A stretch of 64,000 nt of DNA, from the NCBI GenBank assembly GCA_963726745.1, contig CAVSDR010000003.1, positions 320,001 through 384,000 on the forward strand, given 5' to 3'. A program made the translations under genes and the position numbers. Position 1 is the stretch's first letter; each line of letters begins with the position of its first letter. Below are positions 29,663-41,126 of the stretch, piece by piece. The notes below the pieces were generated by a model. The model was not told where the DNA came from, did no database searches, and worked only from the letters and a program-made list of their open reading frames with translations. This stretch comes from an uncultured Verrucomicrobiae bacterium (GTDB lineage: Bacteria; Verrucomicrobiota; Verrucomicrobiia; Chthoniobacterales; UBA10450).

Positions 29663-29696
29663 ATCGTTAGCATGCTAACGATTTCTCGCTTGTCAA
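29663..29696 (-). promoter_or_regulatory. Promoter TTGACA-N16-CATGCT overlapped by the perfect 20-bp palindrome ATCGTTAGCATGCTAACGAT (MarR/SlyA-type operator)
   Basis: Palindrome at 29663-29682, directly upstream of the marR ATG; core TTAGCATGCTAA resembles the SlyA box TTAGCAAGCTAA. Confidence 0.8.
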
Positions 29697-31084
29697 CGCG
29701 CAGGCGCGATCTGGAGCAGCGCGATTTCTTTCCCCCGATAATCCCGCACCCGCAGGAGCGTCCGCGCTTCCGGGTGCGCCCGCAGCGTTTGCTTTTCCCC
29801 CGCTGGCTGGACGAACACGAAACGCGCGCCTGGCGGCAGCGCGGAAACTTGGTCGAGATAAACCAGCGGCTCGCGCACGTAGAAGAGCGCTGGCTGATAA
29901 TCGGGGTCGATCGCGTAAAGCGTCTCGTTAGGCGGCAAGACGGCGTTGAGCTGCGCGCCGATGTTCCGGACTTTCTCGCGCTTCCGCAGATGCGGCATGA
30001 GCGCGAAGGCGTAGACGAGCATCCCTACGCAGGCGATGGCGGTCACGATCAACGGCAGGCGCAAGCGCCAGCGATGCGCGCGCAGAAGGCTGGCCGTGAG
30101 CCACGCGGCCGGCGCGAGGAGCGGCATGGTGTAGCGCGCAAGGGAGCCGGGGAGGAGGCTGATCAGGAGAAAGGAGGCCGCGATGCCGAAGGCGAGGCCC
30201 CGGTGAACCTCGAACGTCCCACTCTCCCTCGTTCGACCTTCGACGATTCCCAAAAACAGCAGCACCACCGTCCACGGCAAAAAGTATCCCAGCCCCCGCG
30301 GCACATTCAGAATCCATCCAGAGAACTTGAAATCCTCACCGCTGAGCCGGCCGGAAAATTGCCGCGCCCAAGTGTGCGCCACGGTCTCGCCGCTGCCGGC
30401 CATCGCATGCAGCGCGGGAATCGCCCAAGCGGCGAAAAGAGCCAGCATCATCAAGAGTCCGAGGAGATGCGGAAAGTTGAAGATCGTCCGCAGTTCGCGT
30501 CGGCTAACGAGTGCTCCGAGCACGATCGCGTAAAAGAAGACCAGCAGCACCGGGCCTTTCGCGAGCCAGCCAAGCCCGAGGAAAACGAACGGCACTGTCC
30601 AGGTGAGCCAGGGCGATCGGCGCTCGCTCCACCAACTGAGCCAGCAAACGATCGCCAGCCCCGCGAGCGAAGCATAGAGCGCCTCGAGTTCGATCAAGCG
30701 GCCTTTCTCCAGCATCCCGAAATTAGTCAGCCAGATGAGCGCGCCGCCTAACGAGCCGTAAGCGCCGAGACTCCCGCGCGCGACCGTGGCGAAGGCGAGC
30801 GCCACCAGCAACACGCAGATCGCCGAGGGCAGGCGCGCGGCCCATTCGCTCCGCTCCCCGAAGAGCTTGAAGGAGCCGGCAACCAGCCAATTGATCAGCG
30901 GCGGCTTGCGAAAATAAGGATCGCTCCCGACTTGCGGGACAAGAAAATTGCCCGTCTGCAGCATGGTGATCGCGGGCAGAATGCGGCGGCCTTCCTCGCC
31001 CTTGATCTCGAGCGTGCCTAGACCGGGAAGGTAAAGCAGCGCCCACGCAGCCACGACGAGGAGGATGGAGCGGGCGGCAGTCAT
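29693..31084 (-). CDS. ArnT/PMT-like (GT-C) glycosyltransferase, copy 2
   Basis: G.F.VP.....YFRKPPL.NW, EWAARLPS, LG.LAKGP; multi-TM. Confidence 0.88.
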   Translation of the reverse strand: MTAARSILLVVAAWALLYLPGLGTLEIKGEEGRRILPAITMLQTGNFLVPQVGSDPYFRKPPLINWLVAGSFKLFGERSEWAARLPSAICVLLVALAFATVARGSLGAYGSLGGALIWLTNFGMLEKGRLIELEALYASLAGLAIVCWLSWWSERRSPWLTWTVPFVFLGLGWLAKGPVLLVFFYAIVLGALVSRRELRTIFNFPHLLGLLMMLALFAAWAIPALHAMAGSGETVAHTWARQFSGRLSGEDFKFSGWILNVPRGLGYFLPWTVVLLFLGIVEGRTRESGTFEVHRGLAFGIAASFLLISLLPGSLARYTMPLLAPAAWLTASLLRAHRWRLRLPLIVTAIACVGMLVYAFALMPHLRKREKVRNIGAQLNAVLPPNETLYAIDPDYQPALFYVREPLVYLDQVSALPPGARFVFVQPAGEKQTLRAHPEARTLLRVRDYRGKEIALLQIAPAR

Positions 31085-32463
31085 CGAGATGGCAGCTCGT
31101 ATACGAGCGTGGTGTGGCCGCGCAAACCCGATGGGCTCGCGAGCAGACGCGGCCGCGGCGTGCGCCGCTCGACTTCCGCGCGCGCCGTCGAGTCGACGAT
31201 GACGAAGCGGGCCGCGGGCGGGAGCGCCTCGAGCGTCGGGTAATAATGAATGCGCTCTCCAAGGTAGAAGAAGTACGGCTGGAACCCCGGCCGCACCGCA
31301 TAAAGCGGCACGCCGGCCGGCAGGAGCGCACTAACCGACGCAGCCACCTGCGGAAAACCGGGCCGCGCTTTTTGCACCGTCGCCGAGCGCAACGGGAAAA
31401 TGATCGCCGCGGCGAGGGTGATTGCCGCCATCGTTGCGACGACGATTTTGCGTGGCACCCGCCATTCGAAAGCGCCCGCTTCGCACGCGAGCCCGAGCAG
31501 GCAATAGATCGGAACCAACGTCGGCAGAACATAACGCTGGATCGCGCCCGGCAGCAGCAGCACGCCGACAAAGGGCAACGCCGCACCCCAGAACAATCCC
31601 CGCGTCCAGCGCGGCAATTGCCCGAGCCGAACGAACGGAAGCAACAAGCCACACGGCAAAAAGTAAGCGAGCGCGAGCGGCCAATTGAGCCACCAATCGG
31701 CCAGCGTCCCCTCTGAACCGGTGAAGCGGCCGAGCATTTCGGTCGACCAGGTTTGTGTGGCGGCGCCCGCGTGGACCGCGCGCGTGTACGGCCAGGCCCA
31801 AGCGGCGAAAATAGCCGACAAGATCACCAGCCCGGCCAGGTGAGCGGGCTGCCAAAGTTCCCGCAGCCGCCCTTCCAGATAAAGCACCGCCACCACCACC
31901 GCATAGAAGAAGAGCAGCAACGCCGGCCCTTTCGCGAGCAGGCCGAGCCCGAGAAAGATCCACGGCGCGGTCCAGGTGAGCCAGGGCGAACGACCCGCGC
32001 GAAACCAGACGAGCCACGTGAGCAACGCACAACCGAAGAGCGCGACGTAAAGCGCCTCGATCTCGATCATGCGCCCTTTCTCGAGCAGGCCCAGGCTGGT
32101 GAGCAGCGCGACCGCGCCGAGGAGCGAACCGCGCGCGCCCAGCAGCCCGCGCCCGAGCGTGACAAAAGCCACGGCGAGCGCGAGGACCGCGAGCACGGAG
32201 GGCGCGCGGGCGGTCCATTCATTGCGCGCGCCTAGGACTTTGAACGAGCCGGCAACGAGCCAATTCACCAGCGGCGGCTTCCGCAGATAAGGTTCGCCGC
32301 CGATGTGCGGCACGAGATAGTCTCCGCTCGCCAGCATTTCCACCGCGGGCAAAACGCGGTGACCTTCCTCGCTCCGCAAACCCGAGGTGCCGAGCCACGG
32401 CAGATAGAGCGCCGCCCAGAGCGCCAGGACCAGCAGGAGATTGGCCGTACGCGACACGCGCAT
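31081..32463 (-). CDS. ArnT/PMT-like (GT-C) glycosyltransferase, copy 1
   Basis: GDYLVP...YLRKPPLVNW, NEWTARAPS, LGLLAKGP; paralog of the neighbouring gene. Confidence 0.88.
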   Translation of the reverse strand: MRVSRTANLLLVLALWAALYLPWLGTSGLRSEEGHRVLPAVEMLASGDYLVPHIGGEPYLRKPPLVNWLVAGSFKVLGARNEWTARAPSVLAVLALAVAFVTLGRGLLGARGSLLGAVALLTSLGLLEKGRMIEIEALYVALFGCALLTWLVWFRAGRSPWLTWTAPWIFLGLGLLAKGPALLLFFYAVVVAVLYLEGRLRELWQPAHLAGLVILSAIFAAWAWPYTRAVHAGAATQTWSTEMLGRFTGSEGTLADWWLNWPLALAYFLPCGLLLPFVRLGQLPRWTRGLFWGAALPFVGVLLLPGAIQRYVLPTLVPIYCLLGLACEAGAFEWRVPRKIVVATMAAITLAAAIIFPLRSATVQKARPGFPQVAASVSALLPAGVPLYAVRPGFQPYFFYLGERIHYYPTLEALPPAARFVIVDSTARAEVERRTPRPRLLASPSGLRGHTTLVYELPSR

Positions 32464-32498
32464 GATTCTCAAGCACCACGCTGCGCCCGCAAGCTCAC

Positions 32499-32526
32499 TT
32501 GACGGCACGCCTTAACAAAATACCTT
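32499..32526 (+). promoter_or_regulatory. Putative promoter of the nusA operon (TTGACG-N16-TACCTT)
   Basis: Located upstream of the leader hairpin. Confidence 0.55.
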
Positions 32527-32551
32527 GATGACCTAGTCCGTTGGCGGATTG

Positions 32552-32580
32552 GAGTGGGAGCCAGTGTCCCACTCTTTTTT
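32552..32580 (+). terminator. Leader hairpin/attenuator upstream of nusA
   Basis: GAGTGGGA-gccagtg-TCCCACTC followed by TTTTTT. Confidence 0.75.
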
Positions 32581-32603
32581 GTCGGCGGACACGATGCTTT
32601 TTT

Positions 32604-33854
<1,251 letters not shown>

Positions 33855-33894
33855 CGTGGCTTCCCGGAAGCCATGAAAAGTTTTTACTCACGAC

Positions 33895-36271
33895 ATGCCG
33901 ACCAAGACGACCAGCAGCAAGACCTCCGCCCGCAAGCCCGCCACGACCACGGCGCGCAAGCCCGCGGCGAAGTCTGCCGCGGCTGCGTCCGAGAGCGCCG
34001 CGCCGGAGAAGGCGCCCGCCGCTAAGTCGTCGCGCTCGGCTCCGGGGAAGCATCCCGCCCCGAGCACGATTACCCCGGCTGCGCGTTCCCGCGCCGCCGC
34101 GGAATCTGCCGCGGCCGCCGCGGCTGCTGCGGCCAATGTCGAGCCGCCGAAGAAGCGCGCGGTGGTCGAGTCCGTTTCGTTGATCGACGAAAAGAAGCCG
34201 AAAGCAAAGCGCCCCGAAGGCGAATCACGTGTGCGCAAGTCGATCCTCCCGCCGATCTCGCGCATCATTCCGCCACCGGCTACGCCCGTTCCGCCGAAAG
34301 CGGAAGTGAAACCAGTCGCGCCGCCGCGCCCGCCTCCTCCAGCCGTGGTCGACTTGATCTCGCCGTCTAAACCGGCGCCCGCTGCCGCCATCGCGCCGGC
34401 GGAAGAGAAGCCTGCGGCACCGGCGGAGGAAATTTCCGCAGCGCCTGCGGCCGAGGGCGAGACCGCCGCGCCGACCGAAGGCGGCGAGCCCGAGCAAAAA
34501 ATCATTCACATCAAGCCGCCGATCGTGGTCAAGCACCTCGCGACCGAGCTCGGGGTGAAGCCACACACGCTCATCGCCGAGCTGATGGCGTTTAACATTT
34601 TCGCGAACATCAATCAGACGATCGAGCCGGAAGTCGCGACCAAAATTTGCGAAAGCCACGGCTTCGTCTTCGAGATGGAGCGCCGCGAAAAAGGCGGCGG
34701 CGTGCACAAGGTGGTCGAGACCGTGGTCGCGCCTCCCCCGCCGGTGATCGAGAAGGAAGAGGAACTCAAGATCCGCGGACCGATCATCGCCTTCATGGGC
34801 CATGTCGATCACGGCAAGACCTCGCTCATGGACGCCATCCGCAAGACGCGCGTGGCCGCCGGCGAAGCGGGCGGAATTACCCAGCACATCGGCGCCTACA
34901 CGGTCGAGCATAAGGGCGCGCGCATCACTTTCCTCGATACCCCGGGCCACGCCGCCTTTACCGCGATGCGCGCCCGTGGCGCCCACGTGACCGACATCGT
35001 CGTGCTCGTGGTCGCGGCCGACGACGGTCTCATGCCGCAGACGATCGAGGCGATCAATCACGCCAAGGCGGCCGAGCACGTGAAGATCATCGTCGCGATC
35101 AACAAAATCGATTTGCCGGGCGCGAACCCCGACCGGGTGAAGAAGCAGCTCCAGGAGAAAGGCCTCGCGCCGGAAGATTGGGGCGGCGAAACGATTGTCT
35201 GCGAAGTCTCCGCGACCAAGGGCGTGGGCATCGAGCATCTGCTCGAGATGATGATGCTCCAGGCCGAGGTGATGGAGTTGAAGTCCTCGCCCACTGCGGT
35301 CCCGCGCGGCACCGTGATCGAGGCGCAGGTGGAAGCTGGCCGTGGCCCGACCGCGACCGTGATCGTGCAAATGGGCACGTTGAAAACAGGCGACCCGTTC
35401 ATCTGCGGCGACTTCTGGGGCAAAGTGAAATCGATGCTCGACGACCGCGGCAAGCCGCTGAAAACCGCGGGTCCTTCCACTCCGGTGAAGGTGCTCGGGT
35501 TTACCGGCCTGCCGCAGGCGGGCGATGAATTTCTGGTGATGGACAGCGAGCGCACGCGCCAAGATGCTCAGCGAAGAGCGTCTGCTCGAGCGCCGCGCCG
35601 ACAAGCTGAGCACGCCGCAGCGCGCCACCCTCGAGTCGCTCCTCGAAGCGGCCGACGGCAAGAAGCATCTCCGCATCATCTTGAAGTGCGACGCGCAAGG
35701 TTCGCTCGAAGCTTTGGGCAACGCCCTCGGCCAGATCGAGAGCAAGAAGATCGACCTCGAGATCGTCCACTCCGGCGTCGGCCCGATTTCCGAAAACGAC
35801 ATCTTGCTGGCTAGCGCCTCCAACGCGGTCGTCATCGGCTTCAACATCAAGGTCGAGAGCAACGCGGTGAACGCGGCCAAGCGCGAAGGCGTGCAGGTGA
35901 AGCTCTACTCGATCATTTACGAGTTGATCGACCAGATCAAAGATTCCATGGCCGAGATGCTCGACCCCGAGCATCGCGAGACCGTCATCGGCCACGCCGA
36001 GGTCAAGCAGGTCTTCAAGCTCACCCGCGGGATCGTCGCCGGTTGCCTCGTCACCGATGGCCGCATCGCGCGGACCGCGCGGGCGCGGGTTTTGCGCCGG
36101 CGCCAGCCGGTTTACGATGGCGGGCTCTCGACGCTGCGCCGTTTCCAGGACGACGTGAAGGAAGTGCGCGTGGGCCTCGAGTGCGGCATCAAGCTGGGCG
36201 ACTTCAACGAATACCAGGTCGGCGACATCATCGAGTGCTACAACCTCGAGCAGGTCGCGCAGAAGCTGTAG
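33895..36271 (+). CDS. infB: Translation initiation factor IF-2 (apparent frameshift near 35555)
   Basis: [29 protein letters not shown]-terminal domains ([26 protein letters not shown]) continue in the shifted frame. Confidence 0.96.
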
Positions 36272-36318
36272 TTCGCGCCGCTGCCTGGTCCTGGCAGCCC
36301 GCGGACTAACGAGTCCTC

Positions 36319-36690
36319 ATGAAGCATCGCCTTTTACGCGTCAACGAGCTGCTTAAGCGCGAGCTCAGCACCATCATCACCCGGGATGTGCGGATCGAGA
36401 ACGCCCTGGTCACGGTCAACTCCGTCGATGTCACGCCCGACCTGAAGAGCGCGCACGTTTTTGTCAGCGTTTTGGGCAAGGCAAGCCACAAGGGCGTGGT
36501 CGCGGAGCTGGAGTCGCAGCGCGTCCTCCTGCAGGCGGAGATGGCGAAGCACGTCGTCTTGAAATACACCCCGCATCTCAACTTCCACCTCGATAATTCG
36601 ACCGAGCGCGGCGTCCGTATTATCAAGCTCCTGGAAGAGATCGCGCCTCCGCCCGACGAGCCCGCCGAGGAAGAGCGTGACCACGAATAG
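36319..36690 (+). CDS. rbfA: Ribosome-binding factor A
   Basis: R..RVNELLKRELS, V.VTPDLKSA.VFVS, LKYTP.L.F..D. Confidence 0.95.
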   Translation: MKHRLLRVNELLKRELSTIITRDVRIENALVTVNSVDVTPDLKSAHVFVSVLGKASHKGVVAELESQRVLLQAEMAKHVVLKYTPHLNFHLDNSTERGVRIIKLLEEIAPPPDEPAEEERDHE

Positions 36691-37657
36691 CTCTTTCGCA
36701 GAAATAGCCAGCGCTTTGCGCGCGGCGCAGCGGATCGTCATTCTGAGTCACGTGCGGCCCGATGGCGATGCCTTCGGCAGCCAGCTCGCGCTGGCGCTTT
36801 CCCTGCGCGCGCTCGGCAAGGAGGTCACGGTCTGGAACGAGGACGGCATGCTCGAGAAGTATCGCTTCCTTCCCGGCTCCGAGTTGATCCTCCGCCCGCC
36901 GGCGGAACCAGAGGAGTTCGAGCTCGTGGTCGCGCTCGACACCGCGATCGAGAACCGGCTCGGCACCGCCGGCCTGGCCGTGCGCGCGCCGCAGTGGATC
37001 AATATCGATCATCACCCGACCAATCCGCGCTACGGCGACCTGGTTTACATTGACCCGATCGCGCCGGCGACCGGCCAGATTCTTTTCGAGCTGCTCACGA
37101 GCGAGCGCTTCCCGCTCAACCGCGAAATAGCCGACAACCTTTTCGCCGCGATCTCGACCGACACCGGCTCTTTTCAGTATCCGAGCACGACTGCGCGCAC
37201 CTTCGAGATTGGGGCGGAATTACTTCGCCTGGGCGTCGACGTCGGGCGGATGAATCAGTTGCTCTACGAGAGCTATCCGCGCCGGCGGGTCGAGCTTTTG
37301 CGCGAGCTCCTCGGGACGATGCGCTTCGATGCCGGTGGGAAAATTGCCAGCTTCACTCTCAGCCTCGCGACGACACAGAAACTCGCCGTCGAGCCGGAGG
37401 ATAACGAGGGCTTGATCGATCACTTGCGCGCGATCGAGGGCGTGATCGTGGCCGCGTTTTTCGAAGAACTGCCGGAAGGGAAAGTGCGCGTAAGCATGCG
37501 CTCGAAGGATCCTGCGGCCGATGTCTCGAAGATTTGCCAGATGTTCGGCGGCGGCGGACATAAGCTGGCCTCCGGCGCGCGCGTGCGCGGCCCGCTCGCC
37601 GAAGTGGAAGAACGAGTCTTGAAAGCGACCAGCGATGTCATTAACAGCAACACCTGA
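36677..37657 (+). CDS. nrnA: DHH-family bifunctional oligoribonuclease/PAP phosphatase
   Basis: HVRPDGDAFGS, NIDHH, TDTGSF, SMRS, GGGGH..ASG. Confidence 0.9.
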   Translation: MTTNSSFAEIASALRAAQRIVILSHVRPDGDAFGSQLALALSLRALGKEVTVWNEDGMLEKYRFLPGSELILRPPAEPEEFELVVALDTAIENRLGTAGLAVRAPQWINIDHHPTNPRYGDLVYIDPIAPATGQILFELLTSERFPLNREIADNLFAAISTDTGSFQYPSTTARTFEIGAELLRLGVDVGRMNQLLYESYPRRRVELLRELLGTMRFDAGGKIASFTLSLATTQKLAVEPEDNEGLIDHLRAIEGVIVAAFFEELPEGKVRVSMRSKDPAADVSKICQMFGGGGHKLASGARVRGPLAEVEERVLKATSDVINSNT

Positions 37658-38357
37658 CGGCGTCCTCCTGGTCGACAAAGCGGACGGGATGACCTCGCAC
37701 GACGTGGTCGCGCTCGTCCGGCGGCGGCTGCAAATCAAGAAAGTCGGGCATTGCGGCACGCTCGATCCCATTGCCACGGGATTGCTCCTGCTCACGCTCG
37801 GCCGCGGGACCAAGATCCAGGACTTGCTCATGAGCGAGGACAAGGAATACGCCGGCACGCTCACGCTCGGCGCGGTGACCGATACGCAGGATCGCGCGGG
37901 CCAGATCACCGAGGAGAAGCCGGTCCCGGAATTAGACAGCGAGATGGTGCGCGCGGCCTTCGATAAATTCCGCGGCGATTTCTACCAAATGCCGCCGATG
38001 GTTTCCGCGATCAAGCAGGGCGGCGTGCCGCTCTACAAGCTCGCGCGCCAGGGAAAAGTGGTCGAGCGCGAGCCGCGCCTGGTGCACGTCTACAGCTACC
38101 GGGTCGACCGGATCGAAAGCCCGGAGATCGACTTCACGGTTAATTGCTCGAAGGGCTTCTACGTCCGCACCTACGCGCACGACATCGGCGAGTCGTTAGG
38201 CTGCGGGGCGCATTTGAAAAATCTTCGCCGCACCCGTTCCGGCCGTTTCCTGGTCGAAGGCGCGATCACCGTGCAGGAGATCGAGCAGTCCGATCCGGTG
38301 GACATCCTTTCGCGCATCCTCTCGCTCCCGGAAGTCTCGCGGATGCGCGGCGCCTAA
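37635..38357 (+). CDS. truB: tRNA pseudouridine(55) synthase
   Basis: DK..GMTSHDVV, KVGHCGTLDP.ATG, QMPPMVSAIK..G.PLYKLAR, CSKGFYVR. Confidence 0.97.
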   Translation: MSLTATPDGVLLVDKADGMTSHDVVALVRRRLQIKKVGHCGTLDPIATGLLLLTLGRGTKIQDLLMSEDKEYAGTLTLGAVTDTQDRAGQITEEKPVPELDSEMVRAAFDKFRGDFYQMPPMVSAIKQGGVPLYKLARQGKVVEREPRLVHVYSYRVDRIESPEIDFTVNCSKGFYVRTYAHDIGESLGCGAHLKNLRRTRSGRFLVEGAITVQEIEQSDPVDILSRILSLPEVSRMRGA

Positions 38358-38368
38358 CGAGTGCCGAG

Positions 38369-39289
38369 ATGCACGTGCTGCGCGCCATCCCGGAACTGAG
38401 CGAACTGCGCGGCCCGGTCTTTGCCGCGATCGGCGTCTTCGATGGCGTGCATCTCGGGCACCAGGCGGTCATCTCCACCTCGGCGAAGCACGCCCGCGCC
38501 GCCGGGGGCACGCCGGTGGTGATCACCTTCGACCCGCATCCGGTGAAGGTGCTGCGGCCGGAGAACGCGCCTCACCTGCTCACGGCCACGCAGCACAAGA
38601 TCGCGCTCATTCGCGATCTCGGGGTGGAGCATTTGCTGGTGGTGCACTTCGACAGAAATTTTGCCAGCACGCCGCCGGAAACATTCGTGCGCCAACTGGT
38701 CGAGGCGGCGCAACCGCTCCGGCAAATCTGCGTGGGCCACGAGTGGTCTTTCGGGAAAAATCGCGCCGGCAATCTCGATCTTTTGCAGCGCCTGGGCGCG
38801 GTGCACGCCTTCGAGGTCATCGGCATTCCGCCCGTTTCCGCGAACGGCACCGTCGTCAGCAGCACCGCGATCCGCGCCGCGGTGGAAGCAGGCGACTTCG
38901 CGCGCGCCGCGGAAATGCTCGGCCGCGAATACAGCATTCTCGGGACGGTGAAACGCGGCGCCCAGCTTGGACGACAACTGGGTTTTCCCACGGCGAATCT
39001 AAGCGCGCACAGCGAGCAATTTCCGCCCAACGGCGTTTATGCGGCCGACGCCACTGTGGGTGAGGAAACCTTCCGCGCGGTTGCAAATCTCGGGTATCGC
39101 CCGACGATCGACGCCGCGCAGCCGGAGCGTTTGCTCGAGCTGCATCTTTTCGAACTCGACCGCGAAATCTACGGCGAGGACGTGGAGGTGCGCTTCCGGC
39201 GTTATCTGCGGCCGGAGAAGAAATTCGCCGGCCTCGAGGAATTGAAGGCGCAGATCGCGCGCGACGCTGCCGAGGCGCGCCGCGACTAA
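38369..39289 (+). CDS. ribF: Bifunctional riboflavin kinase/FAD synthetase
   Basis: IGVFDGVHLGHQ, TFDPHP, SSTAIR, GRQLGFPTAN, LRPEKKF. Confidence 0.97.
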   Translation: MHVLRAIPELSELRGPVFAAIGVFDGVHLGHQAVISTSAKHARAAGGTPVVITFDPHPVKVLRPENAPHLLTATQHKIALIRDLGVEHLLVVHFDRNFASTPPETFVRQLVEAAQPLRQICVGHEWSFGKNRAGNLDLLQRLGAVHAFEVIGIPPVSANGTVVSSTAIRAAVEAGDFARAAEMLGREYSILGTVKRGAQLGRQLGFPTANLSAHSEQFPPNGVYAADATVGEETFRAVANLGYRPTIDAAQPERLLELHLFELDREIYGEDVEVRFRRYLRPEKKFAGLEELKAQIARDAAEARRD

Positions 39290-39621
39290 AGCCGATGGCC
39301 GCGCAGGCGCGCGACTGCGACCGTGGTCCCCACAGTCATGACCGCGAGCCCGCAGGCGCCGGCAATCAGGAGATCGGTCGCCAGCGGAACCGCAACCAGG
39401 AAGAGCGCGGCGCTGAGGACGAAGTTGCCGGCTAAAACCAGCGCGATGAGGCAGGCGACGACCGTCGTGCCGAGGAGGATTGCGAGCCGGGCGCGGCTCG
39501 CCTGCGGACGCGCCGCGGGCAGCTGCTGCAGGACGCGCGCGGTAAAGCCGGCGTCGTCGAGATACGGCGCTTCCTCGCGCAGGCGCGCATCCAACCAATC
39601 GTCTTGCAGTTGTTCGTCCAT
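39286..39621 (-). CDS. Putative membrane anti-sigma factor
   Basis: LD..L.....YL.DAGFT.RV then TM helices; immediately downstream of the ECF sigma. Confidence 0.7.
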   Translation of the reverse strand: MDEQLQDDWLDARLREEAPYLDDAGFTARVLQQLPAARPQASRARLAILLGTTVVACLIALVLAGNFVLSAALFLVAVPLATDLLIAGACGLAVMTVGTTVAVARLRGHRL

Positions 39622-40158
39622 TTAATTGTTCGACCAGGCAGCCAGCGTTTTCTTCAATTTCTCCCGTCCGCGGAGCACATTTGTTTTCACCGTGCCGAGC
39701 GGGATTTCAAGCACGCGCGCGGCTTCATCGTGCGACAAACCGTTCTGGCAGCAAAGCAAAACCGCGGTGCGCTCGTGTAACGGAAGCAAGCCGAGGGCCT
39801 GCTGCAAATCCTGGCGCAGGCCCGCATCAACGGTTCCGGGATCTTGCTCCGCCTCGAGCCGGGCATCATCGATGCCGACAAATTCCTTCCGCCGGCGCGC
39901 TTCCTCGCGAAAGCAGTTGTAGGCGATGCGGTAGAGCCAGGTGGAAAATTTCGCCTCGCCCCGAAAGCTCCGGATATTTTTGTAGGCCTTGATGAAAGCT
40001 TCCTGCGCGAGGTCATCGGCCAGCGCGGGATCGGTGCGCGTGAGTTGCCGGAGCAACCCACGCACCGCCGACTGGTGTCGCCGCACGAGCTCGGAGAAGG
40101 CGTGCTGGTCCTCCTCGAGGATGGTCCGTGCGACGAGATCTGCATCGGTAAGCGACAC
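39622..40158 (-). CDS. ECF-family RNA polymerase sigma factor
   Basis: AF.ELVRRH, ADDLAQEAF.KA, FRGEAKFSTWLYRIAYN, GLSH.EAA.VL.IPLGTVK. Confidence 0.95.
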   Translation of the reverse strand: MSLTDADLVARTILEEDQHAFSELVRRHQSAVRGLLRQLTRTDPALADDLAQEAFIKAYKNIRSFRGEAKFSTWLYRIAYNCFREEARRRKEFVGIDDARLEAEQDPGTVDAGLRQDLQQALGLLPLHERTAVLLCCQNGLSHDEAARVLEIPLGTVKTNVLRGREKLKKTLAAWSNN

Positions 40159-40167
40159 GCCCGGAGG

Positions 40168-40884
40168 CTAGGCGACCGGAGGTTGGTTGTCGGTACTCCT
40201 GTGCACCAGCGGCGCTTTCGAGCTCTCGAGTTTCCAGACGAGCAGGTAGCCCAGGCCGATCAGGAAAGGAATGGCGCCGATCGCCCAGGAGCCGCCGCGC
40301 CAGTTGTTATCCGCGCCCAGGAAGACCATCAGGCCGAGGCCAACCATGAGGAGGATGATGCCGCGGCGCATATCCGAGCGGGTGCGCACCGCGGCGGTGG
40401 CGAAGAGCGCTTCCGGCACCGGCTGGCCTTTCTCCACCAGGAGACGCACGGTCCGATGCAGCGAGCGCGCCTTCCAAAAGCTGAAGAGCATGATCAGGCC
40501 GACGATTAAAACCGGCGCGCCGAAGAGCGTGCTGAAAATGATCCCCACGATCGGGATGGCCATGAGCGCGCCGAGATCCTCGCTGTCGCCGCCCTTCCGG
40601 TGGACCACGATCTTGTCGGGCCGCCCGTGCCGCTCGGGGGCGGCATCCACGTCCACCGCCTCCTCTTTTTGCCCGCTGCGCCGGACCTTGCGCTCGATTT
40701 GCGCTTCGAGGGAATTCGGGTTCGTGCTCGCGGCCGGGACGGCCGTGGGAGCGACCGCGGCGGGAGTGGCAGCCACCGTGGGCGCAGGTGGCGCTGTGGC
40801 ATCCGGCGGAGGCGTGGGAATTTGCGCGACGGCCGCGGCCAGGAGGGCGCTGGAGCAGAGAAAGGTGAGGAGCGAGGATTTCAT
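40168..40884 (-). CDS. DUF6249-like membrane protein
   Basis: Signal and Pro/Ala linker, then LH.T.R.LVEKGQPVP..L, D.RRGIIL..VGLG, IPFLIGLGYL. Confidence 0.75.
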   Translation of the reverse strand: MKSSLLTFLCSSALLAAAVAQIPTPPPDATAPPAPTVAATPAAVAPTAVPAASTNPNSLEAQIERKVRRSGQKEEAVDVDAAPERHGRPDKIVVHRKGGDSEDLGALMAIPIVGIIFSTLFGAPVLIVGLIMLFSFWKARSLHRTVRLLVEKGQPVPEALFATAAVRTRSDMRRGIILLMVGLGLMVFLGADNNWRGGSWAIGAIPFLIGLGYLLVWKLESSKAPLVHRSTDNQPPVA

Positions 40885-41050
40885 TCTTAAGGGTGAGATG
40901 CCGCCAGCGCGCGCTTTGGATTCAAATATTTCCCCGGACGCCGCAACCCGGCGAAAACGGCAAATTGCCCTTGCGCGAAGAGGGCGGGTGGACATTATTG
41001 GCCTCCTTCGCCTAGGCCCAGCGGTTTCCCGCGCTGCCTGCGGCTGAAAT

Positions 41051-41125
<75 letters not shown>

Positions 41126-41126
41126 G

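Noticed and set aside
35540..35570. Split infB as programmed frameshift or pseudogene
   Set aside because: Essential gene with no slippery sequence; similar single indels in lpxA, POT and the 18632 gene point to assembly error.
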